The position numbers and the translations under genes were made by a program. A DNA stretch of 20,000 nt from an uncultured virus (IMG/VR IMGVR_UViG_3300031998_000018) (lineage: Duplodnaviria; Heunggongvirae; Uroviricota; Caudoviricetes), in IMG/VR virus record IMGVR_UViG_3300031998_000018; one strand, written 5' to 3'. Shown in pieces: positions 1 through 9,317 of this stretch (position 1 is its first letter; every line of letters starts with the position of its first letter). The notes under the pieces were generated by a model, which did not search any database, was not told where the DNA came from, and saw only the letters and a list, made by a program, of their open reading frames with translations.

Positions 1-36
1 TGTATGATTATGGAGTGAACCACAATAATTCATCAT
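1..36 (-). CDS. dnaE: 5' end of probable DNA polymerase III alpha subunit (PHP domain), runs off the window
   Basis: Reads MMNYCGSLHNHT from ATG 36/33, the LHxHT PHP motif that opens DnaE. SD AAGGGG and a SigA-type promoter (66-94) lie upstream; replication gene context. Only 12 codons are visible. Confidence 0.6.
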   Translation of the reverse strand, partial: MMNYCGSLHNHT

Positions 37-53
37 TCTACCCCTTTTTATCT

Positions 54-94
54 TTTTCTATATATATTATACTACATTTTCCTATAAAAATCAA
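54..94 (-). promoter_or_regulatory. Conserved SigA-type early promoter, copy 1
   Basis: TTGATT (94-89), 17 nt, TATAAT (71-66), then ATATATAGAAAA; same architecture as four other copies. Confidence 0.8.
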
Positions 95-100
95 ATTATA

Positions 101-135
101 ATCCACGACTTATCATTTTCTGATTTGTCGTGGAT
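101..135. terminator. Stem-loop, probable intrinsic terminator of the upstream minus-strand operon
   Basis: ATCCACGAC (101-109) / GTCGTGGAT (127-135) with inner ATCA/TGAT pairing; AT-rich flanks. Confidence 0.6.
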
Positions 136-247
136 CATATTTTTATTCTTTTATGTGTTCAACAGTAAGAATTCTTGATTTGCCATCTCGTACCAAGCAG
201 ATGTTAAAGGCTGCTGATTAATTTTTATAGAATCGTTCATAGCTATC

Positions 248-427
248 TTATTTTTTAATTAAATCAATCGAAACTATCTTGTACTCACAATCAACGCCAA
301 GCCCGTACCATTCTTTACACTTTTGTAGCGCGAGGTCTTGCGAGGCGGCGACGATTTGACATGACTGAGTGCGCCACTGTCCTTTGGACATCTCATCTTT
401 ATATTGGAATATGATTTTGAATGTCAT
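248..427 (-). CDS. Small hypothetical phage protein, 59 aa (not in the ORF track)
   Basis: MTFKIIFQYKDEMSKGQWRTQSCQIVAASQDLALQKCKEWYGLGVDCEYKIVSIDLIKK; its ATG overlaps the methyltransferase TGA (ATGA); ends TAA. Confidence 0.75.
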   Translation of the reverse strand: MTFKIIFQYKDEMSKGQWRTQSCQIVAASQDLALQKCKEWYGLGVDCEYKIVSIDLIKK

Positions 428-1131
428 GATAAATTACTCCATTGTTCAGCCATTGCTTCCGCAAATCCTGGGAAGGTTTGACTGCGTATTCTACTTCGTT
501 CAGATTCAGACAAGCTAGATGCCTTAGCAAACCAGGTGGGGAGAGAGCGACCGCTAGCATAGACGGTGCGTTTTTCGGGTGTAACTTCATTTGTCTTTTT
601 GAGGAGAGGCAGTCCTTTAAGCCATAGACAAGTTCTCTTCTCAAATGAATCTCCGAACCAATAAGGCTGGATGATTTGATCGGGTTTACGATAGGAGGTA
701 GACATTACTCCTATGGGGTTCTCAACTGCTATATGGTCACAATTAGCATTGATGAAGGACATAAAGAACTTTTTGGCTTCCTCGCGAAGTTTTAAGCGCT
801 CGCGTGCTTTGTCACCGTATTTCTCTACATTAAACCACCGATTACCGGTGACCGTAAGGTAAGTGCAAGGTGGGTGAGCGATGATTAAGTCCCATTTAGG
901 TACGAAATGATATTGTTCATCCATTGTTTTAAATAAAATTCCTGGATTGGCTACTGGTGCATCGGGACAAGTATCATAAGGATTTAAAATACCAAGCACA
1001 TCTTGTTTAATGTGCCATTCGGGATGCCCACCACTCGGGTCAATTATATCACATGAATACGCCTCATGGCCGCGCGCTCTGAAAGCAGAGCAAACACGTT
1101 GAGACTCTTCACAAGCTACTAATACAAACAT
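424..1131 (-). CDS. Phage DNA cytosine-5 methyltransferase-like protein, 235 aa
   Basis: N-terminal SAM-binding-like segment (VLVACEES..AYSCDI), catalytic motif IV HPPC, motif VI ENP; SD AAGGAAGAG. Confidence 0.8.
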   Translation of the reverse strand: MFVLVACEESQRVCSAFRARGHEAYSCDIIDPSGGHPEWHIKQDVLGILNPYDTCPDAPVANPGILFKTMDEQYHFVPKWDLIIAHPPCTYLTVTGNRWFNVEKYGDKARERLKLREEAKKFFMSFINANCDHIAVENPIGVMSTSYRKPDQIIQPYWFGDSFEKRTCLWLKGLPLLKKTNEVTPEKRTVYASGRSLPTWFAKASSLSESERSRIRSQTFPGFAEAMAEQWSNLS

Positions 1132-1148
1132 GGCTTTCTCTTCCTTTT

Positions 1149-1364
1149 TTATTCATCATCTGTAATAGCAAGTATTGCACATGTTATCCAACTTATTTCA
1201 AGAAATGTGACTATGCCGAGTACTATTCCATATACTATTCCCCAGCCAAGTGCAAAAGACAATGCACATAAAACAGGGTTCGCCATAAAGCATAATGCCA
1301 TAAGTAAGGCTATGATAATTCTAACTGGAAAACACACTTTACTCATTGGTGCATTTCTTCTCAA
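1149..1364 (-). CDS. Small membrane protein with two hydrophobic segments; start may be ATG 1346
   Basis: Highly hydrophobic translation; fills the gap between recJ and the methyltransferase; ends TAA. Confidence 0.6.
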   Translation of the reverse strand: MRRNAPMSKVCFPVRIIIALLMALCFMANPVLCALSFALGWGIVYGIVLGIVTFLEISWITCAILAITDDE

Positions 1365-3136
1365 AAATCTAATGGATTATATTCTGTGATGTCATAATCA
1401 TCAATGAAGATCTGCGGCGTTATATTACCCATCCAGTTATTGAGATTAGGACGCCCAACAACCTCCAAGATTACTGTTTTCTTATACTGCGCTAGCTCTT
1501 CAATGAGATCTTTTGCATGGAACTTCATATAGGCAACTCCATTACATTCGATCTTAAGCGTATCTTTATTCGTGCCCATTACACGAATATCCGAAGGCGC
1601 TACCATAATATGCTTGACATGGATCATAGGTTCAGGATTTGACTGGCCCCAAATTCCGCCCATCTCACTTAGATCAATAATTAAATCGCGTAGATCCTGC
1701 GCAGTAGATGATCTTTCGAAGTTGACATCATAACAATTCTCACCGAAATCAACATCTTTGAGTGCCTTATTCGCATATTCATGGAAGGCGCGCAAATTAC
1801 GATCGGGAATCGACACACCAAATGCATTAGCATGTCCTTGAGCATATTCAAAGTATCCACTCTCGGTCAAGAATGCTTTGAAGTCGCGTAAATCACTCTT
1901 ATTTAAGCCGCGGGCGCTACCACGATCAAATCCTTCGGCGTTAAGTCTTGCTACAATAGTGGGCTTCTTATACTTTGCAGAGAGCTGCATAGCAATTAAC
2001 CCGTTTAATTCTGAAGGGAACTTGTCATCATCTTCAAGCCGGACAAAGAGGATCTTGTTTTCAAGTAAGTCATACTTGAAGATCTTCGCTTCCAAACGGA
2101 GGACGGCATCGTCCTTCATCTTGTTCTGATGCGTCTTGGCATTCGTACACACACGTGCTGCCTCGATTCCGGCCGCGCAGAGAGTACCCTTCGCGCCGCG
2201 TTTGTTGCATGGCACCATTTGGGAGCCATCAATAAATGCCTAGAAGAGAAGATCCTTTTCCTCCATTGTGCCGACACGGATGAGCGCATTGACCATTGGG
2301 ACGACATAGAAGGCAACGGAAATAGGATTAGTCTTAGCGAGAATATCCTGCCATGAAGGAGCCATTGTGCCAGTTATGGAGTAGGCCGCCTTCTCAAGTA
2401 GACAGCGGAAGAATTCATTCTTGATGTTGCGCAGACCTTGATAGATAATATATCTATTTTCTAAATCAATAACCGAACCCATATCACCAATGATGCCCCA
2501 AGCCGCGAGGTCGAGATAATCATCTGCCCAATGCTGATTGAGCTTCTCATCGAGGAACCGGCAAAACTGATATACGACGCCAGCGCCCGTCAGTTCTTTA
2601 TTCCGATATTTAGGGGACAACTGGTTATTGACGACTACTGCATTATCACTAAGTGCGACATCTGTTAAGTGATGGTCGAGGATCAGGCATGGAATATTAA
2701 TACCATCTAGCATATCATGATAGTGAGCATCATTACTTGATGAGTCAGGTAGTATGATTAGATCATAATGCACATCTTCATTCAGTAAGCGGTCGATATG
2801 ATCCTGGAGGCCATGCTGTTTGCCCTCATGGAGCCAGTAATCAATCTGGCAATGACAGTTAACCTGCTTTGTATATTGATACATAATTGTTGCAGATGTA
2901 AATCCATCGCAGTCACTATCTACAATAATAAGGACTCTGGAATATGGAGGCTGATCATTCATCACAATCCGGAGATACATCACGGCCGCCATCCCAATAT
3001 TCTTCAAATCATGGGGAGACTGTACGAAATCAGCGCGCGGCTCCATGAATGCCTATACGTCGGCGACCCCGCGCGCCTTCAACAGATTTTCTGCGTAGTT
3101 GCTACGGAAGTTTTCATTTACTAAATTACATTTCAT
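1361..3136 (-). CDS. recJ: RecJ-like DHH/DHHA1 ssDNA exonuclease, 591 aa, 2 in-frame TAG read as Gln
   Basis: ORFs 2240..3046 and 1361..2218 are in one frame, joined by TAG 2240-2242 (KDLLF*AFIDGSQMVPC). The frame extends through TAG 3053-3055 to ATG 3136, which overlaps the upstream TGA and has SD GAGGAAGAGG. Motifs DSDCDG, LDHH, GDM, RGSARG, QGHANAFG. Confidence 0.9.
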
Positions 3137-3486
3137 ACCTCTTCCTCTTTCTTATAAAAATTGTTATAATCAAACCATTTATCGCTAATTATATTTCCTA
3201 TTTTCTTAATAGTGCTACCCCATCCGTCTACTTCTACACGAACATATTTTCCAACCATTTCATTAAAACGGTCCACTCCAACTACATCCATAATACGCAT
3301 TATTTCTTCAATGCCCTTCGGGGTGCCTTCAAAAGTTTTACTATCTAGATATCCATAACCTAAAACGTATCCTCCAAAAACACATCCCCAACCTCGACCT
3401 TCAAGTACAAGTTCGAGTGTTAAAACTCCATGATCTGCCATAGACAAATCCGCTTTGGTAATTTTTGCATTTTGAATTTCTTTCAT
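3133..3486 (-). CDS. Hypothetical phage protein, 117 aa
   Basis: ATGA overlaps at both ends (primase stop, recJ start); function not recognised. Confidence 0.8.
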   Translation of the reverse strand: MKEIQNAKITKADLSMADHGVLTLELVLEGRGWGCVFGGYVLGYGYLDSKTFEGTPKGIEEIMRIMDVVGVDRFNEMVGKYVRVEVDGWGSTIKKIGNIISDKWFDYNNFYKKEEEV

Positions 3487-4523
3487 TGTACGAACACTCT
3501 ACTTTCTATCAATTTATCGAAGATTTCTTTACCGCGATCGGAAGGCGAATCTTTCATATTTGTTAGCCCTGCTCTATCATATACAAATGAAAAAGTACAA
3601 TACTGATTATATTTCGAACAAAGTTTATACAACTTATCAAAATATTTCGTCTCTCCAGGCAATTCTTCTCTATCAAAACAGATAATTATTTCTCTTGGAG
3701 AACACATTTTTAGTAATAAATTTAATTGATACTTATTAAACTGACTGCCGCAGACAGCCACTGTATTGTTGACGCCAAAGCTCGCGCATTGTAAGACAAA
3801 CTTCTCTGCTTCTCCTACGTATACATATCCGGTTTTTTTAATTGTTTCTTTATTCTCAAATAACCCATAAAGATTCATTCCCAAGGGATGACTGTAACAT
3901 TTTCCTTCGATCCAGACAGGCGCATATTTTCCATATTGCTCAATATCGTTCTCATTAAGAGCGCGGCCACGAATTCCCACGAGTGCCCCGTCCCGCGCCC
4001 CACGGTGAGGTATAATAATTTTATTTTGGGAGATGGAGAATAAGATGTTGAATCTGTCCATAGCTGACTGAGAAATCCCGTCCGATAGCCATTCTGGCGG
4101 GTATTTCTTAATAAAGCATCCTAAAGCTCCTATGGGGTAGGAAGGAAGAACAATGTTTTTCCGATTGACATAATTATTTCTTTGACTCCTATACTGTGGG
4201 ACTACAATGCCTTCAGGTTGCTTTTCACCGACAATCACACGATAAATGTCGCTATACCAGTTATATTCAATTCCCTGAGCTTCGTAATAATGTTTGAGAA
4301 ATGTGAAGATACTCAATGCGCCACATTCAGTGTAACACATAAAGATTTTATTATTTTTATAGAAATATAATTTCTTTGATGCATCTTCTGATTTGTGGTT
4401 ATGACAATATGTAGGCATTAATAAATAACTGCCTTTATCCTCATAAGGAATATCTAATTTCTCTAAAATTGACTGGACATGTTCGATTGTTAGGTTATCA
4501 ATAATTTCCTGATAATCAATCAT
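3483..4523 (-). CDS. dnaG: DnaG-like DNA primase, 346 aa
   Basis: Zn-binding region (CHNH...CYTECG), IIIPH..G.LVGIRGR, LYGL, TOPRIM (YVGEAEK, ICFDRE); ATGA overlap with the helicase. Confidence 0.85.
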   Translation of the reverse strand: MIDYQEIIDNLTIEHVQSILEKLDIPYEDKGSYLLMPTYCHNHKSEDASKKLYFYKNNKIFMCYTECGALSIFTFLKHYYEAQGIEYNWYSDIYRVIVGEKQPEGIVVPQYRSQRNNYVNRKNIVLPSYPIGALGCFIKKYPPEWLSDGISQSAMDRFNILFSISQNKIIIPHRGARDGALVGIRGRALNENDIEQYGKYAPVWIEGKCYSHPLGMNLYGLFENKETIKKTGYVYVGEAEKFVLQCASFGVNNTVAVCGSQFNKYQLNLLLKMCSPREIIICFDREELPGETKYFDKLYKLCSKYNQYCTFSFVYDRAGLTNMKDSPSDRGKEIFDKLIESRVFVQ

Positions 4524-6082
4524 TCTTTATCCTTTCCATTAAGATAATCCAGATATAATTGTTCTTCTGCTTCTGTCTCCCAATCAATCGTGTACCCACT
4601 ATCAAACATTCCTTCAATCAGATTGAACTGCGAGTCTGTTACAAATAAATCCGTCAATCTCAAATTACCTGTATCAAAGTGACTCCACACTCTAACCTGT
4701 GTCCATCTACCCGATCTAACTTTGAAGACATCGAATACTATATTCGGCGCGATACCACCACAGGCAGGAATGATTGCATTACTTAAGAACTCTAATTCTT
4801 CTTTCGTCGGTCGGGCGCCAATAATTCCATTATCTGCTTTATTGATCGTTGAACGACCGCCCGCCAATGTTGCTTCATTTCTTATTGTTGAGTTATCATC
4901 GACTTTCGCATTGACCTGAGTTGATGTGAACACACTTATACCTTGTTCAACCGCAAGATCTTTCAATGCTGTCGCCATTAATAACAATGCTTCATCATTA
5001 CGAAGATTGCTGCCACGAAACTCCTCTAACAAATTCGGAGATACAAATACATAATCAAAGAACACATATTGCGCGCCAGTTGTGATAACCTTCTCGCGCA
5101 CTGCTAATTTGAGCTGTTCCACATCTGGATCTGGGATACGCATCAACTCAAAATTTTGCTTATAATGATGGATCATCTCTTGTGCTTGACTAACACGATA
5201 TCTTTCTTCTGTTGTGAGACGACCAAATCTCAAATTTGAGTCCTCAATTCCAGTTAGATACGCAACAACCATACGAAGAATCTGCTCTGGAGTCTGCTCT
5301 GTCATAATAAACAACACAGGTTCATTATGTCCATTCTTTACCCATTTATCTTCTTTCAGATCATATCTAAATGGATAAGCTAACTTACATGCATCTGCCA
5401 CTGCTAATCTCGTCTTACCTATACCTGATGCTAATGACCTAATTGTTAACGCACCTAACTCCGCGCCGTTAATAATTTCGGAGATAATCGTTCCATTGAT
5501 TGATTTGCCTATATTATTAACCTTACCAAAGTTATTGATGATGTCATCAATCGTGTCAGCGGCCGACCATGATTCTATATTATGATCCTGAACATAAGTT
5601 TTCTCTAAACTGAGAACCTTCTTTTTAATTACATTTAGAATATCCTCAACTTCCAGAGATTCGAACTTCGCATTAACATCAATTGCAGCAGGATTAGTAA
5701 GATTTTCAATATAAAATTCATCTGTATTTACTCCTTGCTTGCGCAGAGATGTTAAAAGATTAAACTTCTTTAATTTCTTATAATAATAAGGGAAACTTTT
5801 TTCATCACTTAGCGCGATTGCATCTTGAAGATACTCAATTCCATTTGTCTTAACAAATAGATTTTTCGCGCTTTCGTTTGTATTGAGATAATTCTCAATA
5901 TCTATCGGGTTAATTAATGTTACACCGCTACGATAAAGACTATCTATTGCGATATAAATATATTTCTCAAATCGTGTTTCAAAATCATTCGGAGATAGTT
6001 GATACTTATCTGACTGACTTAAGAACTGCGGATGCTTCATTAATGAACCAAATATCTGCAATACCGCATTCTTATCCGTCAT
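4520..6082 (-). CDS. dnaB: DnaB-like replicative helicase, about 520 aa
   Basis: Walker A SGIGKT, FIMTEQ, Walker B FFDYV, STQVN, KAD, KVRSG. ATG 6082 chosen because SD AGGAG lies 9 nt upstream (the track start 6091 abuts the SD). Confidence 0.88.
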   Translation of the reverse strand: MTDKNAVLQIFGSLMKHPQFLSQSDKYQLSPNDFETRFEKYIYIAIDSLYRSGVTLINPIDIENYLNTNESAKNLFVKTNGIEYLQDAIALSDEKSFPYYYKKLKKFNLLTSLRKQGVNTDEFYIENLTNPAAIDVNAKFESLEVEDILNVIKKKVLSLEKTYVQDHNIESWSAADTIDDIINNFGKVNNIGKSINGTIISEIINGAELGALTIRSLASGIGKTRLAVADACKLAYPFRYDLKEDKWVKNGHNEPVLFIMTEQTPEQILRMVVAYLTGIEDSNLRFGRLTTEERYRVSQAQEMIHHYKQNFELMRIPDPDVEQLKLAVREKVITTGAQYVFFDYVFVSPNLLEEFRGSNLRNDEALLLMATALKDLAVEQGISVFTSTQVNAKVDDNSTIRNEATLAGGRSTINKADNGIIGARPTKEELEFLSNAIIPACGGIAPNIVFDVFKVRSGRWTQVRVWSHFDTGNLRLTDLFVTDSQFNLIEGMFDSGYTIDWETEAEEQLYLDYLNGKDKE

Positions 6083-6632
6083 CTGTATCATCTCCTATAT
6101 CGTCTAAACTATACTTTATGCGTGATGTGTTACGACGATTAGTGTCTTTAATAGAGACAGTTGGACGATTAAGCCGCGCCGTCATTTGCTTTACGATATC
6201 CTCTAATGTTCCCTTGCGTTTCATTTCCAGATTAGACCAGTACTGCGCACTCTCATTATAAATGTTGCTAACAATACCAATTCCTCCTTTTGCAAGTTCT
6301 GCATTACCATGTTGGACTTCATAAAAATAAATTACTGCAAAATATATACCTTTGGGAGTGTACTTTTTTGTTAGATAATTTCTCCATTGACTATGAACTT
6401 TTGCCCAATCAATTCCTGGCATCTTGAGATCGCGCCATAGATAATCTTTAAGAAGATCGAACCAGTCTTGCTCTTCACGATCTACTGTGATTGCACGATC
6501 ACTCTTGCGCGCTATCCAATCTTTATAACAGCTTGGATGATAATACCAGTTTGTACTTGGCATCATCCAATCTTGAGAAGAGTCTATATCTATTGCTTGT
6601 TTGCATACTCGACAATGAACAATATGAGCCAT
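6072..6632 (-). CDS. Hypothetical Zn-binding protein, 186 aa, first gene of the helicase-primase operon
   Basis: N-terminal CRVC...HPSC; SD AAAGGAG; overlaps the helicase start. A loader/initiator role is inferred from position only. Confidence 0.75.
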   Translation of the reverse strand: MAHIVHCRVCKQAIDIDSSQDWMMPSTNWYYHPSCYKDWIARKSDRAITVDREEQDWFDLLKDYLWRDLKMPGIDWAKVHSQWRNYLTKKYTPKGIYFAVIYFYEVQHGNAELAKGGIGIVSNIYNESAQYWSNLEMKRKGTLEDIVKQMTARLNRPTVSIKDTNRRNTSRIKYSLDDIGDDTDDG

Positions 6633-6650
6633 AAATCTTCTCCTTTCTAA

Positions 6651-6691
6651 TTTTCTATAAATATTATATCATAATTTTGTAGAAAAATCAA
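6651..6691 (-). promoter_or_regulatory. Conserved early promoter, copy 2
   Basis: TTGATT (6691-6686), 17 nt, TATAAT (6668-6663), then ATTTATAGAAAA. Confidence 0.8.
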
Positions 6692-6873
6692 TTTACTAAA
6701 TATGTATCTTCCATTAAGTCTTTTATACTAAGGCAATCGCGCAATTTATAAGGCAAACGAACTAATGGGATATGATTATCTAAAGCATACTAATTCTTTA
6801 TTTGATCATGCAAACCTAATTTAGATTCAGATACCACTATCTCATTATGACCGATTTCATTAATAACACTCAT
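6688..6873 (-). pseudogene. Probable internally deleted remnant of a Vsr/DUF559-like free-standing endonuclease, 61 aa with 1 TAG
   Basis: MSVINEIGHNEIVVSESKLGLHDQIKN*YALDNHIPLVRLPYKLRD...; the C-terminal part resembles the D-x-IKNQYC-xx-N-x-IPLIRIPY tail of these phage endonucleases, but no catalytic core is present. SD AGGAGA; ends TGA. Confidence 0.6.
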
Positions 6874-6880
6874 AAAAATA

Positions 6881-6925
6881 TCTCCTATTTGTTGATTCTA
6901 TATAAGTAGAAAAACAAATAGGAGA
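6881..6925 (-). promoter_or_regulatory. RBS-sequestering hairpin enclosing a candidate late-promoter motif (TACTTA)
   Basis: 13-bp perfect inverted repeat TCTCCTATTTGTT (6881-6893) / AACAAATAGGAGA (6913-6925) plus inner TTCTA/TAGAA. On the minus strand the 3' arm contains the SD of ORF 6873. Confidence 0.7.
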
Positions 6926-6953
6926 ATATAATATTTTCAGTTATAGCTACGGA

Positions 6954-7934
6954 TCATTTAGTTAAATCTTTCATATCTGTGACCACTAGGAACAAAAGGT
7001 CAACCTGATCTTCGGTAATTTCTGAGATTTTCATCGGATGTCCGAATATCATTTCTACTCTCTTCATTATGCGCTTTGCCATCTCTTCATTGGGTTCTTC
7101 ACCCGACATGACTAGCTTGTTCCATAATTCCTGAGCCTCGACGCGGAGTGCATTATAGTCTAACTGTTCTTCTGTAGGAGCTTCCGTTTTCTCTACAATG
7201 ACTGCTCCATCGAGCTTTGCGCTTCGATCAATAGCATCGCCTATAGCATCTACAAGTTCCTGATATCCGAATTTAATCTTAGGCGCAAGATACTTATATC
7301 GGCTACCTGCGACGACTCTTGGAGTCTGTCTTGTGTAGAGGTATCTTTCGGAATTACCTTCGGCATCCCATTCGATCGCAATATAGCCGATTACGTCGAC
7401 TAATCTGTTGCAGATCTCGTAGCAACGCTTATTCAGCGCCGGACTGTAGAACTCTACATCATTATCATCTATTTTTTCTTTGCGGATCTCTTGGTGCGCA
7501 ATCAGAATTAAACCATAACCAAGCATGGTTATTTTTCTGAGACAGGCCTCGAACTCGCCTTTTACCTGTGCATAGCCACCACCCCATGGGATGTCAGCAA
7601 TTCTTTGCACACTATTCTGCGCACATACAAACTGTTCACACAGATCATAAGCGATACTTACTGTATCAATAGTGACTGTATCGAACTTTTCCTTCGCGGC
7701 CGGCTGTTCAAGCTGGCGCAGAAGTAGTTTGAAATCAGACCACTTTTGAATAGGCTGGGCATAAATACCATCAATGGCATTGTATCCCATTTCAAAAGCG
7801 CAAAGAAGGTTTTTCTTAAACTTGGCGGCGAAGGAGGTTTTACCCACCTTCGGCGCGCCATAAACTAGGACATACTTGCCTTTCAAATCACGAGAGATTG
7901 TAGTAGGCTGAAGATTGAGAATATCAATCGCCAT
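6954..7934 (-). CDS. AAA-type NTP-binding recombination protein (Sak4/AAA_24-like), 326 aa
   Basis: Walker A GAPKVGKT, Walker B VTIDT, LILIAH, DVIGY; directly downstream of an SSB-like gene. Confidence 0.8.
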   Translation of the reverse strand: MAIDILNLQPTTISRDLKGKYVLVYGAPKVGKTSFAAKFKKNLLCAFEMGYNAIDGIYAQPIQKWSDFKLLLRQLEQPAAKEKFDTVTIDTVSIAYDLCEQFVCAQNSVQRIADIPWGGGYAQVKGEFEACLRKITMLGYGLILIAHQEIRKEKIDDNDVEFYSPALNKRCYEICNRLVDVIGYIAIEWDAEGNSERYLYTRQTPRVVAGSRYKYLAPKIKFGYQELVDAIGDAIDRSAKLDGAVIVEKTEAPTEEQLDYNALRVEAQELWNKLVMSGEEPNEEMAKRIMKRVEMIFGHPMKISEITEDQVDLLFLVVTDMKDLTK

Positions 7935-7951
7935 AGTTACACCTCTTTAGA

Positions 7952-8857
7952 TTAGAAACCGAAGTTGAACTTACTTCCTGCAGCAGGTGCTGCTTTCGCT
8001 GTAGTTCCCTTCGAAGCGCCCTTCTCTTTCAGAGCGGCAAGGCGTTCCTTCCTTTCTGCAAGAGCAGCGGTTACATCGTTCGGATCAAGCGCGAACTCTC
8101 CATCGAGAGGACTTGAAGAACCTCCAGTCAGGATCAGCTCACTGACACTGATTGTGCGGACTTCCTCGGTAGGCTCACCAAAGTCGACTTCGACCTTGCG
8201 GACTTCCGATCTCGATGTGAAGTTGAGCTTACCAGTGGCCTTAACTGTGTCGCCTTCGTTCCAGTAGTTGGACACTCCGTCGATCACACCAGGATTGATG
8301 GCGAAGAACGGAACTACGTCGATCTTGCCGCCGTACTGAGGCACCATACCGATGATCTTGTACTTGTTGGTTTCGACACCGTCTTTATCGGTCTCATATC
8401 CCTTGTTGCCAACCATGAACACGATCGAGAAGGTCGCGCAAGGCTTGCATTCATCTTTCTTTACCTTAGAGATAAAGGAAGCAGTGATACGAGGGAAGGA
8501 GATCAGATTGCCGTTCTGACCATAGTACTCATTCATCTGGATCTGACCACGAGTGATACGGATGCGATCCGCATGATCGATATCAGAAGCCGCGATACTG
8601 ACATATTCCTTCATCACACGACTGATGGATTCATATGCAGGGTTTGGCGCGCCAGCATTGGTAAGCTTGCTTGCGAACATATGTACAGGGATCTCCAGGT
8701 CAGTGGAGACACCATTAATGTCCTGAGTTACACGGACTTTGATAGAGCCGCCAATGGACTCCATCGTAGTACCATTTTTATTAAAAGTTTTTGTCTGAAG
8801 ATCTATTTCGCTGAGGATACCCTCTATCTTAACGATGTTTTCTTTTGTCTGTAGCAT
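7952..8857 (-). CDS. ssb: Probable single-stranded DNA-binding protein, 301 aa
   Basis: Beta-rich OB-like pattern (N.VKIEGIL.E; GDTVKATGKL), low-complexity tail ending in aromatic FNFGF, adjacent to a Sak4-like ATPase. Confidence 0.6.
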   Translation of the reverse strand: MLQTKENIVKIEGILSEIDLQTKTFNKNGTTMESIGGSIKVRVTQDINGVSTDLEIPVHMFASKLTNAGAPNPAYESISRVMKEYVSIAASDIDHADRIRITRGQIQMNEYYGQNGNLISFPRITASFISKVKKDECKPCATFSIVFMVGNKGYETDKDGVETNKYKIIGMVPQYGGKIDVVPFFAINPGVIDGVSNYWNEGDTVKATGKLNFTSRSEVRKVEVDFGEPTEEVRTISVSELILTGGSSSPLDGEFALDPNDVTAALAERKERLAALKEKGASKGTTAKAAPAAGSKFNFGF

Positions 8858-8904
8858 GTTTATTCCTCTTAAGTTTGTGTTATATGTGTGTTTGTGTTTC
8901 GGGC

Positions 8905-8931
8905 AAAAGAGGGCGGAATTATACCGCCCTC
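8905..8931 (-). terminator. Intrinsic terminator after the winged-helix gene
   Basis: GAGGGCGG/CCGCCCTC 8-bp stem (8909-8931) followed by TTTT on the minus strand. Confidence 0.75.
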
Positions 8932-8946
8932 ATATACATAGGGGGA

Positions 8947-9198
8947 TTATTCCTCGTCGGAAGGAACAAAAGCAGCGCCTTCGGGAGTAAGAACCGCGTA
9001 GGTGATATCCTTCGCATCTTCTCCGTCGCCAGCAACCTTCTCGCGGGTAACAAGACCTTTCTTGCTAAGGTCAGTAACGTTAGCGTTGATGGAGCGAGGG
9101 GCTCTGTCGAGAGCGTTGCAAAGTTCGTCGATGGTAACCTTGCCTCCGTTCTCCTTGATGTAATCAAAAACGACCTGGGACTTTTCGGTAAGTTTCAT
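8947..9198 (-). CDS. Small winged-helix DNA-binding protein, 83 aa
   Basis: MKLTEKSQVVFDYIKENGGKVTIDELCNALDRAPRSINANVTDLSKKGLV...LTPEG fits a wHTH pattern; SD AAGGAGA before ATG 9198; own promoter and terminator. Confidence 0.8.
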   Translation of the reverse strand: MKLTEKSQVVFDYIKENGGKVTIDELCNALDRAPRSINANVTDLSKKGLVTREKVAGDGEDAKDITYAVLTPEGAAFVPSDEE

Positions 9199-9259
9199 TG
9201 TGTTTCTCCTTGTGTTAAACATTGAATTGAATTTATTGAATAAAGGCGGTCACCTTTAT

Positions 9260-9299
9260 TTTCTATATATATTATATCAGAAATTTGTGATTAAGACAA
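9260..9299 (-). promoter_or_regulatory. Conserved early promoter, copy 3
   Basis: TTGTCT (9299-9294), 17 nt, TATAAT (9276-9271), then ATATATAGAAAA; hairpin AATAAAGG/CCTTTATT (9239-9260) just downstream. Confidence 0.75.
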
Positions 9300-9317
9300 A
9301 TTTCACATGATCGAATT

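Noticed and set aside
151..240. 29-aa minus-strand ORF MNDSIKINQQPLTSAWYEMANQEFLLLNT
   Set aside because: No convincing SD or recognisable motif; too short to support.
1361..3136. recJ (and uvrD) as split genes or pseudogenes
   Set aside because: All breaks are in-frame TAGs, with no frameshifts or TAA/TGA and intact motifs; recoding explains them.
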